Of a stretch of DNA of 58,827 bases, positions 10,595-19,366 are shown one piece after another; within the stretch, counting starts at the first letter, position 1, and every line of letters starts with the position of its first letter. Under the pieces are notes generated by a model that did no database searches, had not been told where the DNA came from, and saw only the letters and a program-made list of their open reading frames with translations. A program made the translations under genes and the position numbers. The stretch is taken from contig JBEBGD010000025.1 in the NCBI GenBank assembly GCA_040081625.1, positions 1 through 58,827 of the forward strand, in the 5' to 3' direction. This stretch comes from Chthoniobacteraceae bacterium (GTDB lineage: Bacteria; Verrucomicrobiota; Verrucomicrobiia; Chthoniobacterales; Chthoniobacteraceae).

Positions 10595-11505
10595 CGTGAG
10601 CGGGGCCACGTCATCCGCGCGTGGTGAAAGAGATACTGCTGCGCGTAGCCGCCGAAGGGGCCGAAGTAGGTGGCGGAGAATTCGCACAGCCGGCGCGAGG
10701 TCACGCTGCGCTTTCGCGGGAAGTAGAGCTGCCGCAGCACGCGCTCGATCCACACGTCGATCGGAAAGGCCGCGAGCCGGCCGAAGCCGAAGAGCAGCGC
10801 GCAGTTGGCGACCTTGGGGCCGACGCCCGGCAGGCGGCACAGCTCGGCGCGCGCTTCGTCGTCGGGCAGCGTGGCGACGTGGGCGAGATCGACTTCACCG
10901 CCTGCGACCATGCGCGCGGCGCCGAGCAGGTTCTTCGCGCGGAAGCCGAGCTTGCACTCGCGGAGGTCGGCCTCGGTGAGCGTCGCGAGCCGTTCGGCGG
11001 GCGGGTAGCTGAAGACGCCGCGCGCCACGCCGGCACCGTAGCGCTCGCGCAGCGTGTGCGAGATCTGCGCGATGTGCGGGACCTGTTTCATCGCCGAGGT
11101 GATGAACGTGGCGAGGCACTCCCACGCCGGCTGCCGCACGATCCGCAGCCCGCGGCAGAAGCCGAGCGCCGCGTCCATCGCCGCGTCGCGCGGGAAGGTC
11201 GCGTAGATTTCCTCGAGCGGAAGATCGAGCGCCAGATACTCGCGCACCACCGCCTCCGCGCCCGGCGTGATGAGCAGTGCGTCCCCGCGCTGCTCGACCC
11301 GCACCGCCACGTCGCCGATCGCGCCGGTCCACGCGTCGCCCTCGCGCCGCCAGTGGAAGACCTGCCCGCAGCCGAGGGTGAGGGCGAGGGAGAATTCCGG
11401 GATTTCGGGATTCCGGGATTTCGGGACTCGGATTTTTTGCGGCTGCGCCACGGATGTTCCGGAATCCCGGAGTCCCGGAATCCCGAAATCCCGGAATCCT
11501 GTCAT
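10591..11505 (-). CDS. ogg: 8-oxoguanine DNA glycosylase (HhH-GPD); start is ATG 11505 or GTG 11451
   Basis: LTLGCGQVFHW, GLRIVRQ..WECL, LGFRAK, LPGVGPKVANC, FPIDVW, GYAQQYLF. Confidence 0.88.
   Translation of the reverse strand: MTGFRDFGIPGLRDSGTSVAQPQKIRVPKSRNPEIPEFSLALTLGCGQVFHWRREGDAWTGAIGDVAVRVEQRGDALLITPGAEAVVREYLALDLPLEEIYATFPRDAAMDAALGFCRGLRIVRQPAWECLATFITSAMKQVPHIAQISHTLRERYGAGVARGVFSYPPAERLATLTEADLRECKLGFRAKNLLGAARMVAGGEVDLAHVATLPDDEARAELCRLPGVGPKVANCALLFGFGRLAAFPIDVWIERVLRQLYFPRKRSVTSRRLCEFSATYFGPFGGYAQQYLFHHARMTWPRSR
11394..11497. repeat. Inverted pair of 8-bp tandem arrays (ATTYCGGG)x4 / (CCCGRART)x5
   Basis: Left arm 11394-11425, right arm 11458-11497; 11394-11418 is the exact reverse complement of 11473-11497. 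Confidence 0.92.
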
Positions 11506-12125
11506 CACTGGATGAAGTAGCTCAGGTTCTCGAGCTCGATGGCGACATCCACGTTGTTCACCACGACGTGATCGGGCACCTGGAGGATGATCGGCGCGAA
11601 GTTGAGGATCGCGAGGATGCCGGCGTCGATGAGGTCGTTCGCCACTTCCTGCGCGACGTGCGCGGGCACGGTGAGGATCGCCATCTTCACGTGCTGCGCG
11701 CGCACGAACTCCTTGAGCCTGGTCATCGGCAGCACGCGCACGCCGAGCGCCTTCGCAAGGCCGCGCGCCGGCTCCGCGTCGAAGGCCGCGGCGACCTCGA
11801 AGCCTTCCTTCGCGAAGCCCGGATACTTGAGCAGCGCGGAGCCGAGATGGCCGGCGCCGACGAGGATGACCGGCTGGAGGCGCGTGGTGCCGAGCACCTC
11901 GGTGAGCCGCGCGGAGAGTTGCTCGACATTGTAGCCGAGCCCGCGCGTGCCAAACTGGCCAAAGTAAGTCAGGTCCTTGCGCAGTTGCGTCGGCTTCACC
12001 CCCGCGGCCTTGGCCAGCGCCGCCGAGGAGACCGTCTCCACGCTGCCCGCCTTCGCCCGCTGGAGGGCGCGGTAGTAGAGCGAAAGCCGATACACGGTCT
12101 TGCGTGGGATGATGAGCTTCGACAC
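11505..12125 (-). CDS. rex: Redox-sensing transcriptional repressor Rex
   Basis: IPRKTVYRLSLY, QLRKDLTYFGQFGTRGLGY, VGAGHLG, AILNFAP. Confidence 0.96.
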   Translation of the reverse strand: MSKLIIPRKTVYRLSLYYRALQRAKAGSVETVSSAALAKAAGVKPTQLRKDLTYFGQFGTRGLGYNVEQLSARLTEVLGTTRLQPVILVGAGHLGSALLKYPGFAKEGFEVAAAFDAEPARGLAKALGVRVLPMTRLKEFVRAQHVKMAILTVPAHVAQEVANDLIDAGILAILNFAPIILQVPDHVVVNNVDVAIELENLSYFIQ

Positions 12126-12131
12126 GGAAAA

Positions 12132-12233
12132 GGTTGAGAGTTGAGAGCTGAGGGTTGAGAGCCGCCCCGCACTTTACTCGGATCGCGGAATACAGCCGCA
12201 CGTCTTTCAACTCTCAACAACCAACTCTCAACC
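12132..12233. repeat. Inverted pair of 7-bp tandem arrays (RGTTGAG)x4 / (CTCAACN)x4 in the rex-rluB divergent spacer
   Basis: GGTTGAG AGTTGAG AGCTGAG GGTTGAG at 12132-12159; TTCAACT CTCAACA ACCAACT CTCAACC at 12206-12233. Confidence 0.85.
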
Positions 12234-12241
12234 ATCCATCC

Positions 12242-12955
12242 ATGCGCCTGAACCGCTTTTTAGCCTCCGCCGGCCTCGGCTCCCGCCGCTCGGTCGAAGA
12301 ACTCGTCCTCACCGGGCAGGTGCGCTTGAACGGCGAGGTCGTCTCCAAGCTCGCCACGCAGGTGCAGCCCGGCGATAGCGTCAAAGTCGGCAGCCAACTG
12401 CTGCGCAGCGAGCGCCCGCTGACCGCCGTGCTCTACAAGCCGCCGGGCTTCCTCTGCACCGCCTCCGACGAGCGAGGACGCCAGACCATCTTCTCCCTGC
12501 TCCCGCGCCAGTGGCCGCGCGTCTTCCACGTCGGCCGGCTCGATGCCGACAGCGAGGGCCTGCTCATCCTCACCAACGACGGCGACCTCGCCAACGCACT
12601 CGCCCATCCGCGCTACAAGGTGGAGAAGGAATATGAAGCCACCGTCGATCGCCCCTTCGACCCGAGGCTCATCCCCAAGCTGCTCACCGGCGTCCACATC
12701 GAAGGCGGGCGCGCGAAGGCCGAGCGCGTGACGCTCGAAGGTCCAAAGCACCTGCGCATCGTGCTCACCCAGGGCATCAACCGGCAGATCCACAAGATGC
12801 TCTGGCGCGTCGGCGAATACGATGTCGAGCGACTCGCCCGCGTGCGCATCGGGCCGATCGGCATCGAGGGCCTGCACCCCGGCGGCTGGCGGCTGCTCAC
12901 GGGCAAGGAGCTCGCCGCCATGCGCCCGGAAAGTAAAGGCGCCTCCGTTCGCTAA
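12242..12955 (+). CDS. rluB: rRNA pseudouridine synthase, RsuA/RluB family
   Basis: S4 domain MRLNRFLASAGLGSRR; catalytic VGRLDADSEGLLILTNDG; KEY. Confidence 0.85.
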   Translation: MRLNRFLASAGLGSRRSVEELVLTGQVRLNGEVVSKLATQVQPGDSVKVGSQLLRSERPLTAVLYKPPGFLCTASDERGRQTIFSLLPRQWPRVFHVGRLDADSEGLLILTNDGDLANALAHPRYKVEKEYEATVDRPFDPRLIPKLLTGVHIEGGRAKAERVTLEGPKHLRIVLTQGINRQIHKMLWRVGEYDVERLARVRIGPIGIEGLHPGGWRLLTGKELAAMRPESKGASVR

Positions 12956-15900
12956 GGCGAGAGCGAGGCGGGACTGATGGTCGCTCCGTCGAGCGTGCTG
13001 CCCTGGCCGTAATTGTAGCCGGCGCCTTGGACGACCACGCCGAAGAACGGCCGGCGCGGCTGGCCGAACCGCCGGTGCTCGCCATAAAAGAATCCGCTGC
13101 CGGGAAATAGATCGACATAGACCGGCTCGAACGGAAACCGCACCCGCTGCACGCCGCGCGCAGGCGTGCCGGTGAGACCCACACCCAGCACCAGCGGCGA
13201 GCCGGGCACGTTTGGCAGGTTCAGCGTCAGCACGGCTGCGAGGGCTGCCGGGGAATACATCGCCGCCGCAGTCGCCCCGGCGGTGTAGGGCATGCCTAAG
13301 ATCGTGTAGTCCTGATTCACCCCGGCGAGGATCCGCGCATTGACCCCCGCGGGCACGCGCCAGCGCAGCGTGCCGGTCACCGCCGGCGATGCCGTCTTGT
13401 CGAAGACCATCTCGCCCGCGAGCCGCTCGGCCACGGCCACGGCGCCATTGCCTTGGTGGAAGGGATGCCGCCCGCCGGCCAGCATCCGCCCGCTGGAGCT
13501 GATAGTCCCGCCATGGCCGCGGCGCCCGAGGAAGGTCGCCACGCCAGCATTCGAGACCGTGCAGGTGAGCACCACACCCGTCGCCGGGCCGGTGCCGCCG
13601 CCGGGCCGGTTCCCCACGATCGTGTAACGGCCCGCTTGCGGCGCGGGATGCGACCCGTCGTAAGGCGACCGCTCCAGCGTGCCCGTGAGCATCCCGGCGG
13701 TCGGCGCTGGGATCGTAGCTAACAAGGTCGGCTGCCCGAAGGCATCATCCTCGCCGGGCGTGAGCGTGAGCAGGATGCGCGGCGTCTTCACGCTGGTGAA
13801 CACCATGATCCGGCCGCTGCCGACCAGGGTCGTTCCGAAATAGAGCGTGGTCCCATCGCGCTGCACATTGCCTGTGAGCGAGCCGCTGGAGTTGACCGTC
13901 AGCCGCACCCGTCCGAGCACCGTGCCGCCATTGGAGAGCAGGCCGATATAGTTTCCCGAGAAGCCTGCCGGCGGCTCGAGGGACACCGTGGCGGTCGCCG
14001 TATCCGAGCCTGCGCCCGCCGTGTAGGTGAAGGTCACCGGACTGCCGAGCGCCCCGACGCGCTTGAGGAAGATCTGCCCGCCGACGATCGAGACGATCCC
14101 GCCGCTCGCGGGCTGCGTCACCGAGAGGACAGCCAGCGGGCGGTTCGTCGAATCGCTATCATTGGCCAGCACGTCGATAAAGGTATCCGTCTTCCCGATC
14201 ACCGCCCGGTCGTCCAGGGCGATGATCGCCCCGACGTTGATCGCCCGGTCCACGTCCGCGGCCGCCGTGTAGCTAGCGTTGCCCGCCTGGCTCGCGCGCA
14301 CGACGATCTCGCCGTCGGCGGTGAAGCTCAGCAGGTTCCCCGCGAGCGAGCCCGGCCCGCTCACGATGCCATAGCTCACCGCCAGCCCGCTGCTCGCCGT
14401 CGCGCCGAGCACGATCGTGGACGACGTGAAGGCCTTCGCAGGCAGCGTGAAGGCGATCGCCTGTCCTGCCTGCGACACGGTGAAGCTCTGGTCCACGTCC
14501 GCCGCAGCGAAGTAGTTCGCATTCCCCGCCTGCGACGCGCGCACCGTCACCAGTCCCGCGCCGGTGATGGTCAAGGTGCTCCCGCTCACGCTCGCCGGGC
14601 CGCTCGCGATGGCGAAGGTGACCGGGTTCCCACTCGCACCGCCCGTCGCGCTGAGCGCAAACGGCGCGTCGCCAAACGTCCGGTCCGCGATCGCGCCGAA
14701 GTTGATCGTCTGCGCCGCCTTCGCGATCGTGAAGCCCTGCTCGACCGACACCGCCGCGAGATAGTCGCCCACCGCTGGCGCGGTGGCCTGGATGGTCACA
14801 TGGCCCGCGCCGTTGATCGTCAGGTTATCCCCCGCGCTGCCGCCGGCGTAGTAGCCGAACACCGCCGTGCCCGAATAGCCTTCGATGATGAGGAAGCCCA
14901 CCGTCTGCCCGCTGTTCGCGGTCGCATTCACCACGAAGGGCGCATCCCCAAACGTCCGGTCCGCGAGCGGGCCGAAGGTGATCGTCTGCACGAGTTGCTG
15001 GTGCTCGACCGCGCCGATGTCCGCCGTCCCCACCCGCGGCAGGCCGCGCTGGTCGCTGGTGATCGCCGAGCCCACCGCCGCATCGATCGCCGGGCTGCCC
15101 GCGAGCAGCGCCATCGTCTGCGTCGGCCCGCCATTGCTGGCCAGCGGGCCAAGTAGCGGGTCGGCGTTGCTGATCGTCCCCGGGTTGTAATAGCCGCCGC
15201 CGCCGATCTCGGTGCGCGACTGGATGATGTTCACGCCCGCGCTCGTGATGCCGGCCGCATCGTTAAAGAGGTCCGCACCGCCCGTGGTCGCCGAGTTCCC
15301 GGCGAGGATGCAATTCTCCAGCGTCGTCGAGCGTTGGAAGACGTAGAGCCCGCCGCCGTAGTCCGCCGTATTGCCCGCGATCGTGCAGTGCGTGAAGAGC
15401 GCGTCCACCACGAGGTCGTTGAAGACCGCGCCGCCGATGCCGGTCGCGCTATTGCCCGAGAGCGTGCATTGCGTGAGCACCAGCGAGCCGCCCCCCTGAT
15501 AGATCGCTCCACCGGCGTTTCCCGTATTTCCATTCAGCGTGCAGCGACTGAGGCTCAGCGCACCATAGCTAATGATCGCTCCGCCATCGCCGTTTCTCAC
15601 CACCCCCGCGCCATTGCCGCCCGTCAGCGTGAGGTCGATGAGCTCGAGGCTCGAACCGCTGGTCACGCTAAGGATGCGGCTCGTCCCACCGCCACTGAGC
15701 GTCACGCCCGCTGGCAGGCCGCTCGCATCCACGAACACCCCGCCCGCATCCGCCACCGCGATCTCGCTCGCGAGCGTGATCGTCGCGCCGCTCAGGCTCG
15801 AGTCGAAGTCGATCGTGTTATCCCCCGTCGCGAGGGCGGCATCCGCGAACGCCTCCCGCAGCGAACCGGCGCCGGAGTCCGCCGTGTTCAGCACGGTGAA

Positions 15901-17952
15901 GGTGCCGCCCCGGTATTCATACGCGCCGATGTCCGCCGCCCCGCTGAGCGGGCGGCCCCGCTGGTCGTTTGTGATCGCCGAGCCCACCGCCGCATCGATC
16001 GCCGGGCTGCCCCCGAGCAGCGCCATTGTCCGCGTGCGCCCGCCATTGCTGGCCAGCGCGCCGAGCAGCGGGTTCGCCGGGTTGGCGGTGCCGCTGCCGG
16101 TGATCACGCCATCGCTCGTGGGAGTCGCCATGACGTTCGCCCCCAGCACCGTGAGGACGCTAAACGCCCCGTTGAACTCGCCCGGGCCACCGTCGCTCAC
16201 CGTATTGCCGAAGATGATGCTATTCTCCAGCGTCAGCGCCGCCTCGTTGCGGAAGGCGCCGCTGTCGAAGCGCGCCGTATTCCCCACGACCGTGCAGTGC
16301 GTGAAGGTCGCCGTGCCCTCGTTGCGCAGCGCGCCGCCGCGATTGCTGATGCACGCGTTGCCCGCCACCGTGCATTGCGTGAGCGCGAGCGTTCCGCCCA
16401 CGTCGTTGAACATCGCCCCGCCCCCCTCCGGCCCGCCGGGCGTGGTGCCGGCGGTATTCCCACTGAGCGTGCAGCGCAGCAGCGTCGTCGTCCCGGCATT
16501 ATAGATCGCCCCGCCCCAGCCATTGACTGCCGCGCCGACTCCATTCCCGCCGGTGAGCGTGAGGTCGCGCAGCGTGAGGCTCGAACCATTCGCCACCGAG
16601 AAGATCCGCCCGACCCCGCCGCCCGAGAGCGTGAGCCCGCTGGCCAGCGCACTCCCGTCGATCGTCACCCCGTCCGCGTCGTTCACCACGAGTTCGCTGC
16701 CGCACGTGATCGTCCCGCCGCTCAGGCTGGGGTCGAACACGATCGTGTTCACGCCGCTCGCCGCCGCCGTGTCCGCGAGCGCTTGCCGCAGCGAACCCGC
16801 GCCCGAGTCCGCCGCGTTCGTCACGATCACCGTCCCACCCAGATATTCATATGCGCCGATGTCCGCAACGCCGTGGAGGAGCTGCCCGCGCTGATCCGCC
16901 GTCGCCGTCGAGCCCACCGCCGCATCGATCGCCGGGCTGCCGACGAGCAGCGCCATCGTCTGCGTCCGTCCGCCGTTGGTGGTCAGAGCGCCGAGTAGCG
17001 GGTCGATGGGGCTGGCCACGGTTCCGACGAGGTTGTTATTCACGCCATCCGTGAGCCCGCTATTGCCGGGACTCGTGCCGATCAAGTTCGCGCCCAAGTC
17101 GGTCACGGAAGCGCTGCCGCCAGTTTTGACCATATCCGGCTCCAGCACGCCGGTCGCGGTGTTCTGCGCCACCAGCGTCTGCCCGATCGTCAGCGGCCCC
17201 CTGTTGCGGATGCCGCCGCCACCTTCGCTCCCTGTCGTCGAATTCCCCGCGATGGTGCAGTGGGTCATCGTCATGAGGGTGGCCGAGAAGGCATTGTTCA
17301 CCGCCCCGCCGCCCTGTAGCGCGCCACTGTGGCTGTTGCCGGAGAAAGTGCAGGTCGTCACCGTCGCAGTGCCGCCGCCCTCATTCGAGAGAGCGCCGCC
17401 GTTGCTCGTGGATGTATTCCCGGTGAACGTGCAGCGCGTCGCGGTGAGCGTGCCCGTATTGCGGATCGCACCGCCGACAGCCGCACTGTTTGCGCTGAAG
17501 GTGCAATCCGTCACGGATAGCGTCCCACCAGCGTCGATGGCGCCGCCGTTCGAGGCCACACCACCGCCAGTCACGCTGACGCCCGTCAGGCCGAGACTCG
17601 CCCCTGCGTTCACGGTGAAGAGTCGGTGCGTGCCGCCGCTCGAAAGCGTCAAGCCGCCGCTCAACGCCGAAGCATCGATCGTCACTCCATCCGCGTCGCT
17701 CACCACGATCTGACTGCCGAAGGCGATCGTCTGTCCGGAAAGCGCCGCATCGAAGTCGATCGTATCCGCGCCGGCGTTCGCGGCCGCATCGGCGACCGCC
17801 TGCCGCAGCGAGCCCGCGCCGGAGTCGGCGGCGTTGGTGACGGTGATGCTGGCCGAAGCCAGCGGGACGAACGCCAGCGCGCCTAGCGCCAGCGCAAGAT
17901 GGGTGCAGCGCCGAAAGGCGCGGGTGAGCAGGGTCGGTGTGATCGGTTTCAT
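12952..17952 (-). CDS. Large secreted surface protein: three beta-helix/choice-of-anchor-Q-like modules, Ig-like repeats and a beta-rich C-terminal domain
   Basis: Signal peptide after MKPITP (ATG 17952); 3x DSGAGSLR.A ... NGG.T.TMALL.GSPAIDAA ... DQRG ... DIGA.E; repeated GGAI.N motifs; 3x QTI.F-type Ig units. Confidence 0.85.
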   Translation of the reverse strand: MKPITPTLLTRAFRRCTHLALALGALAFVPLASASITVTNAADSGAGSLRQAVADAAANAGADTIDFDAALSGQTIAFGSQIVVSDADGVTIDASALSGGLTLSSGGTHRLFTVNAGASLGLTGVSVTGGGVASNGGAIDAGGTLSVTDCTFSANSAAVGGAIRNTGTLTATRCTFTGNTSTSNGGALSNEGGGTATVTTCTFSGNSHSGALQGGGAVNNAFSATLMTMTHCTIAGNSTTGSEGGGGIRNRGPLTIGQTLVAQNTATGVLEPDMVKTGGSASVTDLGANLIGTSPGNSGLTDGVNNNLVGTVASPIDPLLGALTTNGGRTQTMALLVGSPAIDAAVGSTATADQRGQLLHGVADIGAYEYLGGTVIVTNAADSGAGSLRQALADTAAASGVNTIVFDPSLSGGTITCGSELVVNDADGVTIDGSALASGLTLSGGGVGRIFSVANGSSLTLRDLTLTGGNGVGAAVNGWGGAIYNAGTTTLLRCTLSGNTAGTTPGGPEGGGAMFNDVGGTLALTQCTVAGNACISNRGGALRNEGTATFTHCTVVGNTARFDSGAFRNEAALTLENSIIFGNTVSDGGPGEFNGAFSVLTVLGANVMATPTSDGVITGSGTANPANPLLGALASNGGRTRTMALLGGSPAIDAAVGSAITNDQRGRPLSGAADIGAYEYRGGTFTVLNTADSGAGSLREAFADAALATGDNTIDFDSSLSGATITLASEIAVADAGGVFVDASGLPAGVTLSGGGTSRILSVTSGSSLELIDLTLTGGNGAGVVRNGDGGAIISYGALSLSRCTLNGNTGNAGGAIYQGGGSLVLTQCTLSGNSATGIGGAVFNDLVVDALFTHCTIAGNTADYGGGLYVFQRSTTLENCILAGNSATTGGADLFNDAAGITSAGVNIIQSRTEIGGGGYYNPGTISNADPLLGPLASNGGPTQTMALLAGSPAIDAAVGSAITSDQRGLPRVGTADIGAVEHQQLVQTITFGPLADRTFGDAPFVVNATANSGQTVGFLIIEGYSGTAVFGYYAGGSAGDNLTINGAGHVTIQATAPAVGDYLAAVSVEQGFTIAKAAQTINFGAIADRTFGDAPFALSATGGASGNPVTFAIASGPASVSGSTLTITGAGLVTVRASQAGNANYFAAADVDQSFTVSQAGQAIAFTLPAKAFTSSTIVLGATASSGLAVSYGIVSGPGSLAGNLLSFTADGEIVVRASQAGNASYTAAADVDRAINVGAIIALDDRAVIGKTDTFIDVLANDSDSTNRPLAVLSVTQPASGGIVSIVGGQIFLKRVGALGSPVTFTYTAGAGSDTATATVSLEPPAGFSGNYIGLLSNGGTVLGRVRLTVNSSGSLTGNVQRDGTTLYFGTTLVGSGRIMVFTSVKTPRILLTLTPGEDDAFGQPTLLATIPAPTAGMLTGTLERSPYDGSHPAPQAGRYTIVGNRPGGGTGPATGVVLTCTVSNAGVATFLGRRGHGGTISSSGRMLAGGRHPFHQGNGAVAVAERLAGEMVFDKTASPAVTGTLRWRVPAGVNARILAGVNQDYTILGMPYTAGATAAAMYSPAALAAVLTLNLPNVPGSPLVLGVGLTGTPARGVQRVRFPFEPVYVDLFPGSGFFYGEHRRFGQPRRPFFGVVVQGAGYNYGQGSTLDGATISPASLSP
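15067..16941. repeat. Three identical 33-bp direct repeats within the module ends of the large surface gene
   Basis: CGAGCCCACCGCCGCATCGATCGCCGGGCTGCC at 15067, 15979 and 16909 (spacings 912 and 930, both multiples of 3). Confidence 0.85.
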
Positions 17953-18333
17953 GGTGCGGGTATTCGGTGGCTGACGACTGGTGACTGATTGGGCGAATGC
18001 GGAATGTGCCTGCCCCTCCTTTCGAAATTCTTGCCGAGTTATTACATTCCGAGCGCAATTGTTTTTCCGAAACCCGCCGAGGTGGGCTGCGCGAAAGCGC
18101 CGCGAGCAGGGCCGGATGAACCGACCTTGCGACGGAGCAGGCTGGGATTGGAGAAGGGGAAACATGAATGCTCTCCCACCGCGACTCGGAAGCACGGCGT
18201 CGAGTGCCTCCGGGGCAGACGCCTCCCGAGCAGGCGATGGCGTTTTAGGGAAGGGTCAGCCGCGGCGTCAACCGCCCATTTGCGCCCGCATCACGCCCAT
18301 TGCCACCGCCCCTCCAGCCGGGAACCCGCCTGC

Positions 18334-19203
18334 TCAGCGCTTGAGCTTCTCGCGGTTGCGGTAGTCGGTGGGGGTGACGCCGACGAGGCTCTTGAAGTCG
18401 CGGCTGAAGTAGAACTGATCGTTGTAGCCGACCTGACGCGCGATTTGCTTCATCGAGTCGTCGGTCTCCGCGAGCCGGCGCTGCGCGTGGTGGATGCGCT
18501 CGTGGCGGACCCAGTCGATCGGGCTTTTCCCCATCACTTTCTTGAAGGTGCGGATGAAGTGGCTCGGGCTCATCCCCACGATCGCGCTCAGCTCGGAGAT
18601 GCGCAGCGGGAGGTGATGGTAGATGCGCATGCGCTCGACGGCGCGGCGCAGATTCTCCGGGATGTGATGCGGGTCCTCGTTGGGCTCGGCGCTCTTGAGC
18701 GGGAAGAAGAGCAACGCGATGAGCCGGGCCATCTCGGCGTGGACGTGCAGGGCGAGGCTGGGCTGCGGGTCTTCGAGCAGGGCGAAGACGTGCTCGAAGA
18801 GCAGCTTCTTCTGCGTGGCGTCGCACCCGTGAACGACCGGCCCGCCGCCTTCCATGAACATCTTCCACACATCCTCGAGCCGTGGCCCGTCGAAGAGCAG
18901 CCAATAGATTTCCCACGGGTCGTTCGCGTCGGCCCAGTAGGCGTGCGGATGATGCCCGTTCACCCACACGGCGGCGCCGGGCTTGACCTCGTAGTTGCGC
19001 CCGCCGAGCCGCGCGTGGCCTTTGCCCTTGAGGCAGAGGATGATCTCGTGGCCGGGATGGTTGTCGCGCTCGAAGTGGTGATCGGGCCCCGCCTGAACGT
19101 GCCCCGCGCGCAGCACCGAGTAGAATGCCGCGAGGCAGTGATCGCTTGGGGCGTAGGTCAGCGACTTTACGTGCTTGGTTTGGGTGCGGGTGCGTGGTGG
19201 CAC
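18334..19203 (-). CDS. AraC family transcriptional regulator
   Basis: AraC ligand-binding cupin (HPHAYWAD..PWEIYWLLFDG) plus double HTH (MSPSHFIRTFKK; IARQVGYNDQFYFSRDFK..VG.TP..YR); GTG start inferred from TCGACA-N18-TAACTT upstream. Confidence 0.9.
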   Translation of the reverse strand: MPPRTRTQTKHVKSLTYAPSDHCLAAFYSVLRAGHVQAGPDHHFERDNHPGHEIILCLKGKGHARLGGRNYEVKPGAAVWVNGHHPHAYWADANDPWEIYWLLFDGPRLEDVWKMFMEGGGPVVHGCDATQKKLLFEHVFALLEDPQPSLALHVHAEMARLIALLFFPLKSAEPNEDPHHIPENLRRAVERMRIYHHLPLRISELSAIVGMSPSHFIRTFKKVMGKSPIDWVRHERIHHAQRRLAETDDSMKQIARQVGYNDQFYFSRDFKSLVGVTPTDYRNREKLKR

Positions 19204-19304
19204 AGCCGCGAAGTTACGGACCGCCTTGCTGTGCTGTCGATAGACGATGCGCTCATCGCCGATGAGCATTTGCGCCGCGCGCGCAGGAGCCGTCTGGGAG
19301 ACTC

Positions 19305-19365
19305 TGTAGCCACGGCGCTCTGCGCCGTGCAGGGGTCGAACACGGCGCAGAGCGCCGTGGCTACA
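19305..19365. repeat. REP-like inverted doublet (GTAG-type, REPIN-like) downstream of ald
   Basis: Perfect 25-bp inverted repeat TGTAGCCACGGCGCTCTGCGCCGTG / CACGGCGCAGAGCGCCGTGGCTACA; each arm has its own CACGGCGC-3nt-GCGCCGTG hairpin next to GTAG. Confidence 0.75.
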
Positions 19366-19366
19366 A

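Noticed and set aside
10591..12210. 539-aa ORF suggesting a long N-terminal extension of Ogg
   Set aside because: The extension is an alternative frame over rex; Ogg similarity begins near 11400
17990..18060. GGCAA...TTCGAAAGG segment upstream of the large surface gene as a c-di-GMP-I riboswitch
   Set aside because: P2 pairing and the downstream GCAAA/P3 elements are not evident; an Infernal/Rfam scan would settle it
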